58,981 nucleotides of DNA from an uncultured Clostridia bacterium (GCA_945965275.1 CAMFNB010000002.1:1-58981), one strand, 5' to 3'; positions 17,760-28,777 are shown, counted from the stretch's first letter. Made by a program: numbers and translations. Notes: generated from the letters alone by a model not told the origin.

Positions 17760-18899
17760 CTACTCAACAAAGAAGCCTCTCCGCCTTCGAAGAGAAATCG
17801 AAAGCACCAATCCCACGGATATAAAGTTTGTTACCATGGCAGAACCGCCTTTGCTTACGAACGGAAGCGGAAGTCCCGTAATCGGCATAAGTCCGACATT
17901 CATTCCCAAATTCTCGAAAATATTGAAGAAGAACATGGCAAATACGCCTGCAGCAATGCAGGTTCCGAATGTATCTCTTGCTTTGAAGGAGATATACAGC
18001 ACACGGAGAAGCATGGCTGTAAAAAGAACGACAATTATCGTACATCCGATAAAACCGGCTTCCTCTCCGATTACCGCAAAAATCATATCCGAAAGTTTAA
18101 CCGGGATTCTGTTGCCCTGAGTCATAACACCCTGGCCGATGCCCTCACCCGAAAGCTGACCGGAGCCGATGGCATTGAGAGCTCTTACAAGCTGAAGCGC
18201 ATAAGAATCTGCATATTTTTCCGGATTTAAGAATGCAAGAAAACGCTGTCTTTTTACGCCGTTAAAATAGAATTTCCATATAAACGGCATTGCAACTACC
18301 GCAACAACGCCGAATACAGCAATAAAACGAAGCTTTATTTTACCGACAATGAGCATTATGAAGAACACAAACATAAATGTAAGTGCCATACCAAAGTCCT
18401 TCTGGAGCATTACAAGTCCGAGCGGGATAAAGAATGACACAAGAATCATGATTATATATTCAGTGCGGAGCCTGTCCTCCTGAATCTTTTCAAGGTACTT
18501 GGCAAGTACGATAATCATGGCAAGCTTCATAAGCTCCGACGGCTGATATGTGGTGAAACCGATATTAATCCAGCTTCGGCTTCCGCCGCTGGCAATACCG
18601 ATACGCGGAACAAATACCAAAAGCATCATTCCGACATTGAAAATATAAAATGCAAATGAAATATTTCTGAATGAACCGTAGTCAAAGAATGTGATTATCA
18701 TTGCAAGAACAATACCGAGAACAAGACCTGCCACCTGTACTGTCATGGCAGACGATCCCCCGTCCTTGTATGCCTGGGTCATTGCACTCTTTAAAAACAC
18801 CAGTCCGACGGCTGATATCACAAGAATTATGCCCATTAAAATGTAATCGAATTTTTTAACGTAGTTTGTTCTCTGACCACGCTCAATGTCTATATTCAT
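17760..18899 (-). CDS. SEDS-family peptidoglycan glycosyltransferase (FtsW/RodA/SpoVE)
   Basis: 379 aa, multi-TM. It has QPSELMKL, the GSGQL..GEG..G loop and the C-terminal LPFVSKGGSAM motif. Confidence 0.9.
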   Translation of the reverse strand: MNIDIERGQRTNYVKKFDYILMGIILVISAVGLVFLKSAMTQAYKDGGSSAMTVQVAGLVLGIVLAMIITFFDYGSFRNISFAFYIFNVGMMLLVFVPRIGIASGGSRSWINIGFTTYQPSELMKLAMIIVLAKYLEKIQEDRLRTEYIIMILVSFFIPLGLVMLQKDFGMALTFMFVFFIMLIVGKIKLRFIAVFGVVAVVAMPFIWKFYFNGVKRQRFLAFLNPEKYADSYALQLVRALNAIGSGQLSGEGIGQGVMTQGNRIPVKLSDMIFAVIGEEAGFIGCTIIVVLFTAMLLRVLYISFKARDTFGTCIAAGVFAMFFFNIFENLGMNVGLMPITGLPLPFVSKGGSAMVTNFISVGLVLSISLRRRRGFFVE

Positions 18900-19933
18900 T
18901 CTTCGGAGCTTTTCTCCTCTTCTGAAGCTTCTTCTTCAGTTTTTTCTTCTGTGTCATAAGACGGCTTTTCTGCTGCCTTCTCTTCTGAGGTTTCCTCCTC
19001 CATCATGCTTTCCTTAAGTCTTGTGATGGAGTCCTCTTCACCGGTTACTTCTTCTTCGGTTTCTTTCTTCTTGCTCTTGAAGTGGATAAGCAGAAGGACA
19101 ACAATTCCGACTGCAACCAATACTGCTGAAAGTACCTGGGATACTCTTATTCCCGTACTTCCGATGTAAAGGCTGTCTGTACGAAGTCCCTCAACTATTG
19201 CTCTCTCCGCTCCGTAGAGAATGCAGTACCAGCAAACCATTTCGCCGTGTTTTCTGAATTTCTTTCTGATAATCATCATGACTGCAAAAGCAATAAAGCA
19301 CCAAATGCTTTCATAAAGGAATGTGGGATGTACAAGATTGTCTCCCATTTCTTTTACTATTCTGCTTCCTGTCATTCCAAGGAAATAATCAGGTGATGTT
19401 GCTGCACCGTATGCTTCCTGGTTAAAGAAATTTCCCCAGCGTCCGATTGCCTGTCCCAAAGCAATATACGGAATACCAAAGTCGATGACTGTAAGAGGAT
19501 TGAGTTTGGTATACTCTTTTCCCTCTTTGAGAGCTTTCTTTGCTCTTGTTTTGTTCTTGAGATATGTGAGAAGTATAAGCGCAAGAGTTACCATAATAAC
19601 TCCGCCGTAAATGGCAAGTCCGCCCTCCCACACTTTAATAATGTCCGAAGGATGCTGACTGTAATAATCCCACCGGAATATTACATAATAAAGTCTGGCA
19701 CCTACTACTGCTGCGGGAATGGAAATAAGGATGTAGTCAATTAAGTCATCCTTGTCCACGCCGTACTTTTCACAGGCACGAAGTCCCAGAATCGCACAGA
19801 TAATATATCCCAAACAAATGAGTACACCGTACCATTTTAAAGAAAAACTGTCTGTAATTGTAATATCCGGACTTATGTTTAATTTAATTCCTCCGAATAA
19901 ATTCGGAAATGAAATATAATCCATCGAATTCAC
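18896..19933 (-). CDS. lgt: Prolipoprotein diacylglyceryl transferase with an acidic C-terminal extension
   Basis: 345 aa. It has EGGLAIYGGV and GRWGNFFNQEAYG. The last 60 aa or so are a Glu/Ser/Lys-rich tail. Confidence 0.9.
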   Translation of the reverse strand: MNSMDYISFPNLFGGIKLNISPDITITDSFSLKWYGVLICLGYIICAILGLRACEKYGVDKDDLIDYILISIPAAVVGARLYYVIFRWDYYSQHPSDIIKVWEGGLAIYGGVIMVTLALILLTYLKNKTRAKKALKEGKEYTKLNPLTVIDFGIPYIALGQAIGRWGNFFNQEAYGAATSPDYFLGMTGSRIVKEMGDNLVHPTFLYESIWCFIAFAVMMIIRKKFRKHGEMVCWYCILYGAERAIVEGLRTDSLYIGSTGIRVSQVLSAVLVAVGIVVLLLIHFKSKKKETEEEVTGEEDSITRLKESMMEEETSEEKAAEKPSYDTEEKTEEEASEEEKSSEE

Positions 19934-19984
19934 CTCTGAAATATTTTACCATAAGGCACAGTCAAATAAAAGCAAGCTGAAATC

Positions 19985-21280
19985 TCAGTCAGCTTTCTTT
20001 TCTTCTATTATCGACAAAACAGGTTCTCCCCTGAACATTGTATCAAATGTCTTTTCTATGTAATCAGTCGTAATCTCATCGTAAAGCTTAAAGAATTCAA
20101 AAGGATCTGAGTTCTTTAAAGCAAGAGATGCAGCCAATCTTCCCAATGCCACCGGAGAATTAAACTCCCTGAGCATGGAACCTGCCTCGGATCTGATGAT
20201 ATCCCTTGTCTGTTTTACCGGCAGTCCCTCTTTTTTTATTCTCGAAATTTCCTCTTCGATTCTTTCGCATACGGTTTCGGGATGCTTTGATTCACCGCCG
20301 AAGGCCATATACTTGAAGGCTCTGTCCATGTCATAGTATTTATAGAATTCCTGATTTATAAGGCTTTCCTCATACATCTTCTCGTAGAAGTCTGTTCCTT
20401 TTCCGAATGCTGCTTCCTTTATGATATCGCCGGCTATGTGAAGCTTATTGAAATCATAATCCATGGTATTGTCTTTGTATCCGATGAAGAACAAGGGCAT
20501 TGAAACATCACCGTGGTTTACGAGTATCTGCTTCTTATCAAGGACAACATCTTCCTCTTTGTCGATTATTGTCTTCGGAACGGAAATCGGTGAAAGTCCC
20601 GCAAAATATTCATCCGTGATTTCATAAATCGTTTCCGGCGATATATCTCCGCAAACCGTAATAACCATATTTGACGGCGAATAGAAAAGTCCGTGAATAA
20701 GCTTCAGCTCTTCGGCGGTAATATTATCTATGCTCTCTTCGGTTCCGGCTATGTCGTATCTTATGGGATTTGCCTTATACATGGCCTCAGTTGCTTTTAC
20801 CGAAGCAACATAAGAAGGATCATCGTTATACATGTTGATTTCCTGAGCGATGATTCCCTTTTCCTTTTCGACACTTTCCTCTGTAAAAACAGGATTCTTC
20901 ACAAGTTCAAGAAGAAGTCTGAAATTCTTTTCGAAATTGTCCGTACATGAAAAATAGTATGTCGTATATGAATAACTTGTTCCCGCATTGCTGTCAGCAC
21001 AGTTTTTTGAAAACTGCTCAAGAATATTTTTATCCGGGCGGTCAAACATTTTATGCTCTAAAAAATGTGCCGTTCCAAGCGGACTTTCGTGAATGGTTCC
21101 GTCTGAGAGAATAAATGTCTGATTTGCGGCACCGAAATCAAATGTGCAGGATGCGTATTTTTTCTGGAAGCCCTTCTTGGGAATAAACTTAAGCTTAAGG
21201 CCTGACCTGTGCTTTGCAAAATATATTTTTTCCTCGAGAAACGGATATTCTTTTATCTCAATATCATAAAAATCACTCAT
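19985..21280 (-). CDS. M16-family zinc peptidase (active subunit, HxxEH present)
   Basis: It carries the inverted zinc motif HFLEH in GTAHFLEHKMF. I moved the start to the Met at 21280 because an SD GGAGGAAGCA precedes it and it gives an 8-nt overlap with the upstream stop. The ORF track extends to 21334. Confidence 0.85.
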   Translation of the reverse strand: MSDFYDIEIKEYPFLEEKIYFAKHRSGLKLKFIPKKGFQKKYASCTFDFGAANQTFILSDGTIHESPLGTAHFLEHKMFDRPDKNILEQFSKNCADSNAGTSYSYTTYYFSCTDNFEKNFRLLLELVKNPVFTEESVEKEKGIIAQEINMYNDDPSYVASVKATEAMYKANPIRYDIAGTEESIDNITAEELKLIHGLFYSPSNMVITVCGDISPETIYEITDEYFAGLSPISVPKTIIDKEEDVVLDKKQILVNHGDVSMPLFFIGYKDNTMDYDFNKLHIAGDIIKEAAFGKGTDFYEKMYEESLINQEFYKYYDMDRAFKYMAFGGESKHPETVCERIEEEISRIKKEGLPVKQTRDIIRSEAGSMLREFNSPVALGRLAASLALKNSDPFEFFKLYDEITTDYIEKTFDTMFRGEPVLSIIEEKKAD

Positions 21281-22556
21281 TGCTTCCTCCGAGTAAATAC
21301 ACAGTATCCAGGCAAACTCTCTTTGCCGCTTCAATTACATCTTCTCTTGTCACATTATCAAATTTTGATGCATACTCCTCAATGGATTTTACGTCATCGT
21401 CATATATTTCGTTTCTGATGTCACAGTTGAAAGAGAAATTCATTTTACCGAAGACGGTATCGTCTATGCTTCTTACTCCTCGTGCAATATTGGCCTTTGC
21501 GTTTTGAAGCTCCTCGTCGGTAAAATCACCGTCTCTGATTGCTTTAAGCTGAAGAAGGCAAATGTCCAGAGCATCGTCATATTTGTCAGGAGCAATTCCG
21601 CAGTAAATAATCAGCAGTCCCTTTAGTCTTATATATGAGGATGCTGCATAATATGCAAGGCTGTTCTTTTCGCGAACATTCAGAAACAGTTTTGACTCGC
21701 TGCTTCCGCCTAAGATATAGTCCATTACCGCTGTCGCATAGTATTCATCATTCCCCGGATTTGCGTTTGCTCTGAATCCGATTTGAAGCTGTGCCTGTGA
21801 TACCTCAGCAGGCTCAGCAATATGTTTCACGTTTTCATACGGAATGTCTCTGTTTTCAACATATCCCGTTTTGACTTCAGATCTTTCGCCGAAGTTTTTC
21901 AGCGGGGGATAATTCTTTATGTATTCCAGTATTTCAGTCGGCTCTTCCTTTGAACAAATGTAAATATATACATTCATCTTTTTCAGGAAATAGTTTTTGT
22001 AATAATCATAAAGTTCTTCATTTGTGAGCTTCTCACCGTCTGAAATGCTTCCTGATTCAAAGATTCCGTAAGCCTCATTTTCGCACATGTTCTGGAGAAG
22101 TCTCATTCTCGCATATGAACGCTTCTCGTTTTTAAGGCTCAAAATATAGTCATTTAAGTTTTCCTTTTCTCTGTCGAAGTAAGACTTGCAAAAGACTCCG
22201 TTTTCAGTAAGAGGATTGAATATGACGTCAAAAATAAGCTCTGTGGTTTCTCTGATAAGATTCATTCCCGGTGCGAATTTTTCTTCCACAAAATCCGCAG
22301 CAAAGGAAATCACCTGAATCTCTCCGCGTTTGTCTACGTTTGTTGCAATGTCGCTGCCGTAAAGCTCCTGAAGCCTTTCCGTTATTGCCTTTGCTGTTTT
22401 AAGGTTTTCTGTTCCTCTTGAAAGCACCGACTGGATAAGAGTGTTTTTGTAGGCTCTTTCTTTGGTCAGGCTGTCACAGAAAAATACGGAAATTCCGCCT
22501 GTCTTCAGTTTGTCCTGTTTTATGTATTTTACTGTTACTCTGTCGTTAATCTTCAT
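21273..22556 (-). CDS. M16-family peptidase-like protein (non-catalytic subunit, no HxxEH)
   Basis: 427 aa. It has M16 fold-like length and layout, but SVLSRGT occupies the HxxEH position. It is paired with an active M16 paralogue. Confidence 0.75.
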   Translation of the reverse strand: MKINDRVTVKYIKQDKLKTGGISVFFCDSLTKERAYKNTLIQSVLSRGTENLKTAKAITERLQELYGSDIATNVDKRGEIQVISFAADFVEEKFAPGMNLIRETTELIFDVIFNPLTENGVFCKSYFDREKENLNDYILSLKNEKRSYARMRLLQNMCENEAYGIFESGSISDGEKLTNEELYDYYKNYFLKKMNVYIYICSKEEPTEILEYIKNYPPLKNFGERSEVKTGYVENRDIPYENVKHIAEPAEVSQAQLQIGFRANANPGNDEYYATAVMDYILGGSSESKLFLNVREKNSLAYYAASSYIRLKGLLIIYCGIAPDKYDDALDICLLQLKAIRDGDFTDEELQNAKANIARGVRSIDDTVFGKMNFSFNCDIRNEIYDDDVKSIEEYASKFDNVTREDVIEAAKRVCLDTVYLLGGSNE

Positions 22557-24270
22557 TCTTTACCTTTTCCAGATCCTCTGTAATCTGCTTCCTAAGTTCC
22601 TCCGGAGAAGAGAAAACCTGTTCCCCTCTGATAAATGTTTTGAAAGATACAGAAATGCTTCTGTTGTATATGTCCTTTTTCAGTCCGAGAATAAATGTCT
22701 CTACTGATACGGGAAGACCTTCTTCAAAAGAAGGATTGTTTCCGACGTTTGTAATTCCCTTGTATGTTCTGCTGTCGCCTTTTATGCGCACTCTTGTCGA
22801 ATATACACCGAACTTAAGCCTGCAACTGTCTCCCGGTAAAATATTTGCTGTCGGATAACCCACAACTGTTCCGCCCACGGCTCTTCCGTGCTGAACTTTT
22901 CCTTTTACCGTATAATATCTTCCTGTGAGTTTGAAATACTCCTCTGTTCTTCCTTCGGAAAGGGCATTGCGCAGCCTTGTTGATGAAACCTTTTCTCCGT
23001 CAATGAGAACTTCCGGAACAACTATGGTCTCAAAACCCAGTTTTTTCCCGATTTCCGTCATTGTTTCGGCATTTCCGGCTCTGTCCTTTCCGAATGTATA
23101 ATCATATCCTATAACCACAAGCTTTGCATTTAATTTGTCCACAAGGATTTTCTTTGCAAACTCCTCCGGACTCAGACTTTTAAATTCTTCTGTAAAATCC
23201 TCTGCCACAACACCATATTGTCCGTTGCCGTTTAACATGGTGATTCGTTCTCTGTTGGTCATGATTGCGAAATCTTTTTTACAGGTTTCGTAGAAGGTAT
23301 ACACAAAAGGATCGAGATCTTTCCTGAGACATTCCGAGCGTAGGGTTTCGAAAAGCTTCTGATGACCCTTGTGGATTCCGTCAAAATTTCCGAGAGCAAC
23401 GCCTGTTGCCTTCTTCTTTTCCGTAAGTCCCATGAAAATATTTGAGCGACCCTCAATCAGTACTGCGGTAAGTTCATCTCCGTATTTGAGCACAATTCCG
23501 TTTTTTCTTTCCTCGTCCCATTTTCCCGTGCTTACGAATTCTTTGTATTCCTTATCGGAAAGGTTTACGTGTTTCATGTCCGAAAGAATCGTTTCGCAGG
23601 GCATAAGTGCTGTTTTTCCGAGATGCTCAAGTTCTTCAATTGTTATGGCATCTTCGATTTTCAATGGGCCGTATGCGCATCTTGTAAGTGCTGACATACA
23701 CGAAGGAATACCGCATTTTCTTCCGATATCATAAAGCAGTGTTCTTATGTATGTTCCTCTTGAGCAGGTCACATCAACCTCAGCCTCAAGATAATTTTCT
23801 TTTTTAATCAGTTTACCCGGAATAATGTCATAAATCTCTATCGGTCTGGCCTCCGCTTCAACCGTCTTTCCTTCACGGGCATATTTATACATGGGCTTTC
23901 CGCCTACTTTTAGTGCCGAAAAAATCGGCGGAACCTGAAGACTCGGTCCTTTGAATGACATAACGACATTTTCAAAATCTTCCTGTGTGAGAGAAACTGA
24001 TGAAACCTCTTCGGTTACGTCACCCCAGATATCCTGCGTGTCAGTGGCTTTTCCGAAAAGAATTTTTCCTTTATATCTTTTCGGCATCTGTAAAAAGACA
24101 TCAGAAAGCTTTGTCGCTTTTCCGATTAATACAGGCAGCACACCGCCGGCCTCGGGATCAAGTGTTCCCGCATGGCCCACTTTCCCGACGCCCAGTATTT
24201 TTCGTACAGCGGCTACACAATCGAAAGATGTGACGCCGCTGCTCTTTTTAAGATTTATTATTCCATCCAT
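22546..24270 (-). CDS. truB-ribF: Fusion protein: tRNA pseudouridine-55 synthase TruB (aa 1 to ~279) plus riboflavin kinase/FAD synthetase RibF (aa ~280 to 574)
   Basis: A single 574-aa ORF. The TruB part has GHAGTLDPEAGGVLPVLIG with the catalytic Asp. The RibF part has GNFDGIHKGHQ, GYPTANI and a flavokinase C-terminus. No stop separates the two parts, and no SD precedes the internal Met at 23433. Confidence 0.85.
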   Translation of the reverse strand: MDGIINLKKSSGVTSFDCVAAVRKILGVGKVGHAGTLDPEAGGVLPVLIGKATKLSDVFLQMPKRYKGKILFGKATDTQDIWGDVTEEVSSVSLTQEDFENVVMSFKGPSLQVPPIFSALKVGGKPMYKYAREGKTVEAEARPIEIYDIIPGKLIKKENYLEAEVDVTCSRGTYIRTLLYDIGRKCGIPSCMSALTRCAYGPLKIEDAITIEELEHLGKTALMPCETILSDMKHVNLSDKEYKEFVSTGKWDEERKNGIVLKYGDELTAVLIEGRSNIFMGLTEKKKATGVALGNFDGIHKGHQKLFETLRSECLRKDLDPFVYTFYETCKKDFAIMTNRERITMLNGNGQYGVVAEDFTEEFKSLSPEEFAKKILVDKLNAKLVVIGYDYTFGKDRAGNAETMTEIGKKLGFETIVVPEVLIDGEKVSSTRLRNALSEGRTEEYFKLTGRYYTVKGKVQHGRAVGGTVVGYPTANILPGDSCRLKFGVYSTRVRIKGDSRTYKGITNVGNNPSFEEGLPVSVETFILGLKKDIYNRSISVSFKTFIRGEQVFSSPEELRKQITEDLEKVKNED

Positions 24271-25247
24271 TTAATTATTTTTTCTTTTACTTCTTCAAAG
24301 CTTCCCGCGTAATCTGCACCGGCTGCGTTCTTGTGTCCGCCTCCGCCTATGCTTTGTGTAAACTCAGCAACATCTATGTCGCCTGCACTGCGCATACTGA
24401 CTTTGATTCCGCTTCCGTTTCTGTTAGGTCTTGCAAAAGCCGCAACCCTGACGCCCTCAATCGTTCTCATATCGGATACAAAATCATTTGCATCATCATA
24501 TACGGAATCTGTTGCTTCAAAATCTTCGTCCGTAATTTCAAGGAATACGACTCTGCCGTCCAGAGCAAATTCAAGTTTTGAAAAGGCTCTGCTTTTAAGA
24601 GCAACCTTTTCTTTTGTTGTTGCATCAAACAATCTGAAGTGAAGTTCTGCGTTGTCCTTCACATAAGGGATAAGCTTTGATGCCACAAGCAAAGTGTTCT
24701 CCGTTGTATTTGCATAAGCAAATCCGCCTGTGTCAGTAAGCAGTCCCGTATATAGATAATATGCAATTCTTCCGCGGAGTACCTCTTCAATATCATAAAA
24801 GCAGAAACACTCATTATTGAATAATTCCCATAAGCCTTCGCAGTTGGCTGACCAATTGGGATTTTCGTAGTTCTTTTTACCGAAAGAATCAACTATCACA
24901 TGATGGTCTATCTTGCAGTTTTTCGCAGCATCTCTGAACAGTTCGCCCCTTTTTCCGAGTCTTTCAAAGGTTGCGGCGTCCACTGCAACTGCAAGCTCGA
25001 ATTCACCTTCGGGCATATTCGGAACAACATAATATTCAATGTCATCCGGAACCAGAAATGTAAGTCTGTCTTCGATTTCTTCTTCAAAAACAACCACGGG
25101 ATTCTTCCCCATGGATTTAAGCCATAAAGAAAGAGCAAAGGAAGAACAAATCGAGTCGCCGTCAGCACTGATATGAGGCAGAATCAAAATTCTGTCTGCT
25201 TTGGAAATGTCATCCGCAAGAGGTTTCCAGTTGAATTTCTCAGGCAT
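24258..25247 (-). CDS. nrnA: DHH/DHHA1 phosphoesterase (NrnA-like oligoribonuclease / pAp phosphatase)
   Basis: It has ILPHISADGDS, IDHH and GGGGHKNAAG. I set the start at the Met at 25247 because an SD GGAAGGA precedes it. The ORF track extends to 25334. Confidence 0.8.
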   Translation of the reverse strand: MPEKFNWKPLADDISKADRILILPHISADGDSICSSFALSLWLKSMGKNPVVVFEEEIEDRLTFLVPDDIEYYVVPNMPEGEFELAVAVDAATFERLGKRGELFRDAAKNCKIDHHVIVDSFGKKNYENPNWSANCEGLWELFNNECFCFYDIEEVLRGRIAYYLYTGLLTDTGGFAYANTTENTLLVASKLIPYVKDNAELHFRLFDATTKEKVALKSRAFSKLEFALDGRVVFLEITDEDFEATDSVYDDANDFVSDMRTIEGVRVAAFARPNRNGSGIKVSMRSAGDIDVAEFTQSIGGGGHKNAAGADYAGSFEEVKEKIIKWME

Positions 25248-25605
25248 TGTCTTTTCCTTCCTCATCTGCTTTAACGGCCTCTTCAATAAGAGCCGTAAGG
25301 TGTGCACCCTTTTCAATTGATTCGTCAAGTTCAAAAGTAAGCTCAGGAGTCTGACGAAGATTCAATTTTGCTGCAATTTCTCTTCTTACAAAGCCTGCAG
25401 AGTTTTTAAGAGCCTTCATAGCCTCTTTTTTAGCATCTGCATCACCCATAATGCTTATGTATATCTTCGCATATTTGAGATCCTTGGTAACCTTGCATGC
25501 CATGACACTTGTCATAAGCGGAATACGCGGGTCCTTTAAGTCCTCGCGTATTATACCGCTGATTACTCTCTGCATCTCACCTGAGATTCTGTCAATTCTG
25601 TCCAT
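25240..25605 (-). CDS. rbfA: Ribosome-binding factor A
   Basis: 121 aa. It has the N-terminus [25 protein letters not shown] and sits in the conserved position after infB. Confidence 0.9.
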   Translation of the reverse strand: MDRIDRISGEMQRVISGIIREDLKDPRIPLMTSVMACKVTKDLKYAKIYISIMGDADAKKEAMKALKNSAGFVRREIAAKLNLRQTPELTFELDESIEKGAHLTALIEEAVKADEEGKDNA

Positions 25606-28507
25606 TTGCGCTCCTCTTGATTTCTTCCATTACATAACATTCAACAACGTCACCTTCCTTGATGTCGTTGTATTTCTCGAATGAAAGACCACATTCGAAG
25701 CCTTCAGCAACTTCCTTTGCGTCGTCCTTGAATCTCTTAAGAGAAGCAAGCTTGCCTTCGAATATAACGATACCGTCACGAACGATACGCACATCTGAGT
25801 TACGGACGATTTTACCGTCTGTTACATAAGCACCGGCAATGGTACCGACACCTGATACCTTGAATGTCTGACGTACTTCAACATGTCCTGTGATAACTTC
25901 CTTGAACTCAGGATCAAGCATACCGACCATAGCATCCTTAATATCATTGATTGCATCATAGATAACTCTGTAAAGTCTGATGTCAACGCCTGCATTTTCA
26001 GCTGATTCGGCAATTCCTGCGCCCGGTCTTACGTTGAATCCGATAATTACGGCGTTTGAAACCTGAGCAAGTGTTACGTCAGATTCAGTGATTGCACCGA
26101 CTGCACCGTGGATAACTCTTACCTTAACCTCGTCAGAGCTGAGCTTCTCTAAAGACTGCTTAACGGCCTCTACCGAACCCTGTACGTCAGCCTTAACAAC
26201 AATGTTAAGTTCCTTAACGTTACCTTCCTGCATCTGAGCAAAGAGTGTGTCAAGAGAAATCTTTGAACTTGACTTAAGTGCATTTTCTCTCTGTGCTGCC
26301 TTTCTCTGTTCAATAAGCTTGTTTGCAAGCTTCTCGTCTTTAACAACGTGGAATACTTCACCTGCCTCAGGAACTTCAGGCATACCGGTAATCTCAACAG
26401 GAGTTGAAGGACCGGCTTCCTTAATTGTACGACCCTTGTCATTTGTCATCGTACGTACGTGACCCATTGTTACACCTGAAATGATTGTGTCACCCTGGCG
26501 AAGTGTACCTTCCTGTACAAGAAGTGTTGCAACAGGGCCCTTGTTCTTATCAAGTTTTGCCTCGATAATTGTACCCTTTGCCTGACGGTTCGGATTAGCT
26601 TTAAGTCCGAGAACGTCTGCTGAAAGGATAAGGTTTTCAAGGAGTTCGTCAATGTTTGTATGGTTCTTTGCCGATACCGGAACGTAGATTGTGTCACCGC
26701 CCCATGCCTCAGGAACAAGTCCGTATTCAACCATTTCCTGCATTACTCTGTCAGGGTTTGCACCCGGTCTGTCAATCTTGTTAACTGCAACAACGATTGT
26801 TACACCTGCTGCCTTTGCATGGTTGATTGATTCTATTGTCTGCGGCATTACACCGTCATCGGCTGCAACTACAAGAATTGCAACGTCAGTAACCTGTGCA
26901 CCGCGGGCTCTCATTGCAGTGAATGCTTCGTGTCCCGGTGTGTCTAAGAATGTAACGCTCTTGCCCTTAAGTGTAACTGTATAAGCACCGATATGCTGTG
27001 TGATACCGCCGGCTTCTCCCTCTGTTACATGTGCTGATCTGATTGCATCAAGAAGTGAAGTCTTACCGTGGTCAACGTGTCCCATTACTACTACAACAGG
27101 AGGACGTTCAATTGCGTCAGGGTCCTCGTCAACATTGTAGTTTTCGTCATCATCAAAGAGCTGTTCCTCAACTGAAACAACAACTTCTTTCTCTGCATTG
27201 ATTCCGAATTCACTTGCAATGATTGCAGCCGTGTCAAAGTCGATTTCCTGGTTCATGCTTGCCATGATACCCATAAGCATAAGCTTTTTGATAACATCTG
27301 CGGATGTCTTTTTGATTGTTTCCGCAAATGATTTTACAGTCATACTTTCGGGAAGCTTAACTTCCGTGAGCTGTGCGACTACCTTAGGAAGGCTCGGTGC
27401 AACCTTGTTCGAATATTTGCTCGGCTTCTTGTTCTTTCTTCTCTGAGCGCCGTCATCAAAATCATCGCCCATTCCGCCCATGTACTGTCTGCCTGACTTG
27501 TACTTGTTTTCCTTTGAACCGCTCTGCTGCTGACGTCCTGCGCCCGGCTTAACATTCTTGTTCGGCTTTTTCTCGTAGTTTTTATTTGCGTGAGTATCTT
27601 TCTTCTGCTCCATCATAGGTGCATCGGAATCGATTTTTGGCATGTCGTTTCTTCTCGGCTGGAAGTCTCCGTGACCTCTCTGCTGAGGTCTGTCACCTCT
27701 CTCCGGGCTCTCGCCTCTTTCGGATCTTTCGTTTCTGTCGCCTCTGCCTGCCCTTGCATTTTGCATGCTTGCGCGTTCTTCTTCAGTTGCACGATGAACA
27801 AACTGAGGCCCTCTTCTTACAGGTTTTGCAGGTTCCTGAGGTTTTTCTGCCTCAACCGGCTTCTTTTCTTCCTGAGCGGGAGTTTCCTCTTTCTTTTCTT
27901 CAGCCTTAGGTTCTGCCTTCTTTTCCTCAGCTGCAGGAGCTTCAACATTTGTTTTCGGTTCTTCTGCTTTCGGTTCCTCAGCCTTTGGTTCTTCGGTTTT
28001 TTCCTCTTCAGGCTTTACTCTTCTTACTCTTCTTACAGACGGCTTCTTAGCCTCTGTTGCTGCAGGAGCAGTCGGAGCTGTTTCTTCTTTTTCCTCTTTT
28101 TCTGTCTTTTCGGCGGTCTTCGGAGCCTCTTCATTTCTTGTGTATCCCTGTCTTAAGCCGGAAGATGCTGCCGTTCTTGAATACTTTGCAGGCTTCTTTG
28201 AAGAATCCTTGCTGTCTTCGGGTGCTGATGAAGAAGTGTCTGAATATACAACTCTTCTCATGATAACGCCTGTTGTTTTCTTTTCTGTCTTGGCAGTTGT
28301 CTTTTCACTGTCCGACGGGGCACTATCCTCAGTCTTTGGTTTTTCCTTATATCCGATATGATCCTTTAAAGCCTTAACCTCGTCGGCATCAAGAGAGCCC
28401 TGTGCGGTTTTAACAATATCTATCTCCGCAAGCTTCTCAACTATTCTCTTACCGGTTACGTTAAGCTCTTTGGCTAAATCTCTGATTTTTATCTTTTCGC
28501 TTGCCAT
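25592..28507 (-). CDS. infB: Translation initiation factor IF-2
   Basis: 971 aa. It has a low-complexity Lys/Glu/Pro N-terminal region and a G domain ([28 protein letters not shown]). Confidence 0.97.
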   Translation of the reverse strand: MASEKIKIRDLAKELNVTGKRIVEKLAEIDIVKTAQGSLDADEVKALKDHIGYKEKPKTEDSAPSDSEKTTAKTEKKTTGVIMRRVVYSDTSSSAPEDSKDSSKKPAKYSRTAASSGLRQGYTRNEEAPKTAEKTEKEEKEETAPTAPAATEAKKPSVRRVRRVKPEEEKTEEPKAEEPKAEEPKTNVEAPAAEEKKAEPKAEEKKEETPAQEEKKPVEAEKPQEPAKPVRRGPQFVHRATEEERASMQNARAGRGDRNERSERGESPERGDRPQQRGHGDFQPRRNDMPKIDSDAPMMEQKKDTHANKNYEKKPNKNVKPGAGRQQQSGSKENKYKSGRQYMGGMGDDFDDGAQRRKNKKPSKYSNKVAPSLPKVVAQLTEVKLPESMTVKSFAETIKKTSADVIKKLMLMGIMASMNQEIDFDTAAIIASEFGINAEKEVVVSVEEQLFDDDENYNVDEDPDAIERPPVVVVMGHVDHGKTSLLDAIRSAHVTEGEAGGITQHIGAYTVTLKGKSVTFLDTPGHEAFTAMRARGAQVTDVAILVVAADDGVMPQTIESINHAKAAGVTIVVAVNKIDRPGANPDRVMQEMVEYGLVPEAWGGDTIYVPVSAKNHTNIDELLENLILSADVLGLKANPNRQAKGTIIEAKLDKNKGPVATLLVQEGTLRQGDTIISGVTMGHVRTMTNDKGRTIKEAGPSTPVEITGMPEVPEAGEVFHVVKDEKLANKLIEQRKAAQRENALKSSSKISLDTLFAQMQEGNVKELNIVVKADVQGSVEAVKQSLEKLSSDEVKVRVIHGAVGAITESDVTLAQVSNAVIIGFNVRPGAGIAESAENAGVDIRLYRVIYDAINDIKDAMVGMLDPEFKEVITGHVEVRQTFKVSGVGTIAGAYVTDGKIVRNSDVRIVRDGIVIFEGKLASLKRFKDDAKEVAEGFECGLSFEKYNDIKEGDVVECYVMEEIKRSANGQN

Positions 28508-28513
28508 ACGCTT

Positions 28514-28777
28514 TTACCTCCGTATCGTTTCGATTAACTCTTTCCCAAGCGCCTCGGTTGCTTCTGTATTCAGCGCTCTGGAAAATGCCTTGGTTTTTAC
28601 CGCCTGTAAAAAACATTCCTCTGATTTGCATATATATGCGCCTCGTCCGTTGCTGCGGCCTGTTTCATCGATTGAAACCTCTCCGTTCTGATTTCTCACA
28701 ACTCTTATAAGCTCTTTTTGAGGTTTCTTTTCTCTGCAGCCTATGCATGTTCTTTCAGGCTCTGATTTTTTAATCAT
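28514..28777 (-). CDS. rnpM: YlxR/RnpM-family RNA-binding protein (DUF448)
   Basis: 87 aa. It has ERTCIGCREKKPQKELIRVV and GRGAYIC, and sits in the conserved position between nusA and infB. Confidence 0.85.
   Translation of the reverse strand: MIKKSEPERTCIGCREKKPQKELIRVVRNQNGEVSIDETGRSNGRGAYICKSEECFLQAVKTKAFSRALNTEATEALGKELIETIRR

Noticed and set aside
21281-21334. N-terminal ORF extensions of the M16 peptidase (21281-21334), nrnA (25248-25334) and pyrE (39672-39704)
   Set aside because: In each case an internal Met is preceded by a strong SD and gives the conserved N-terminus. The extensions overlap the upstream gene.
27900-28030. 15-bp periodic DNA repeats (GGTTCTTC.. units)
   Set aside because: They encode the [14 protein letters not shown] / [13 protein letters not shown] low-complexity linker of the IF-2 N-terminal region. 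This is ordinary coding low complexity, not an independent element.
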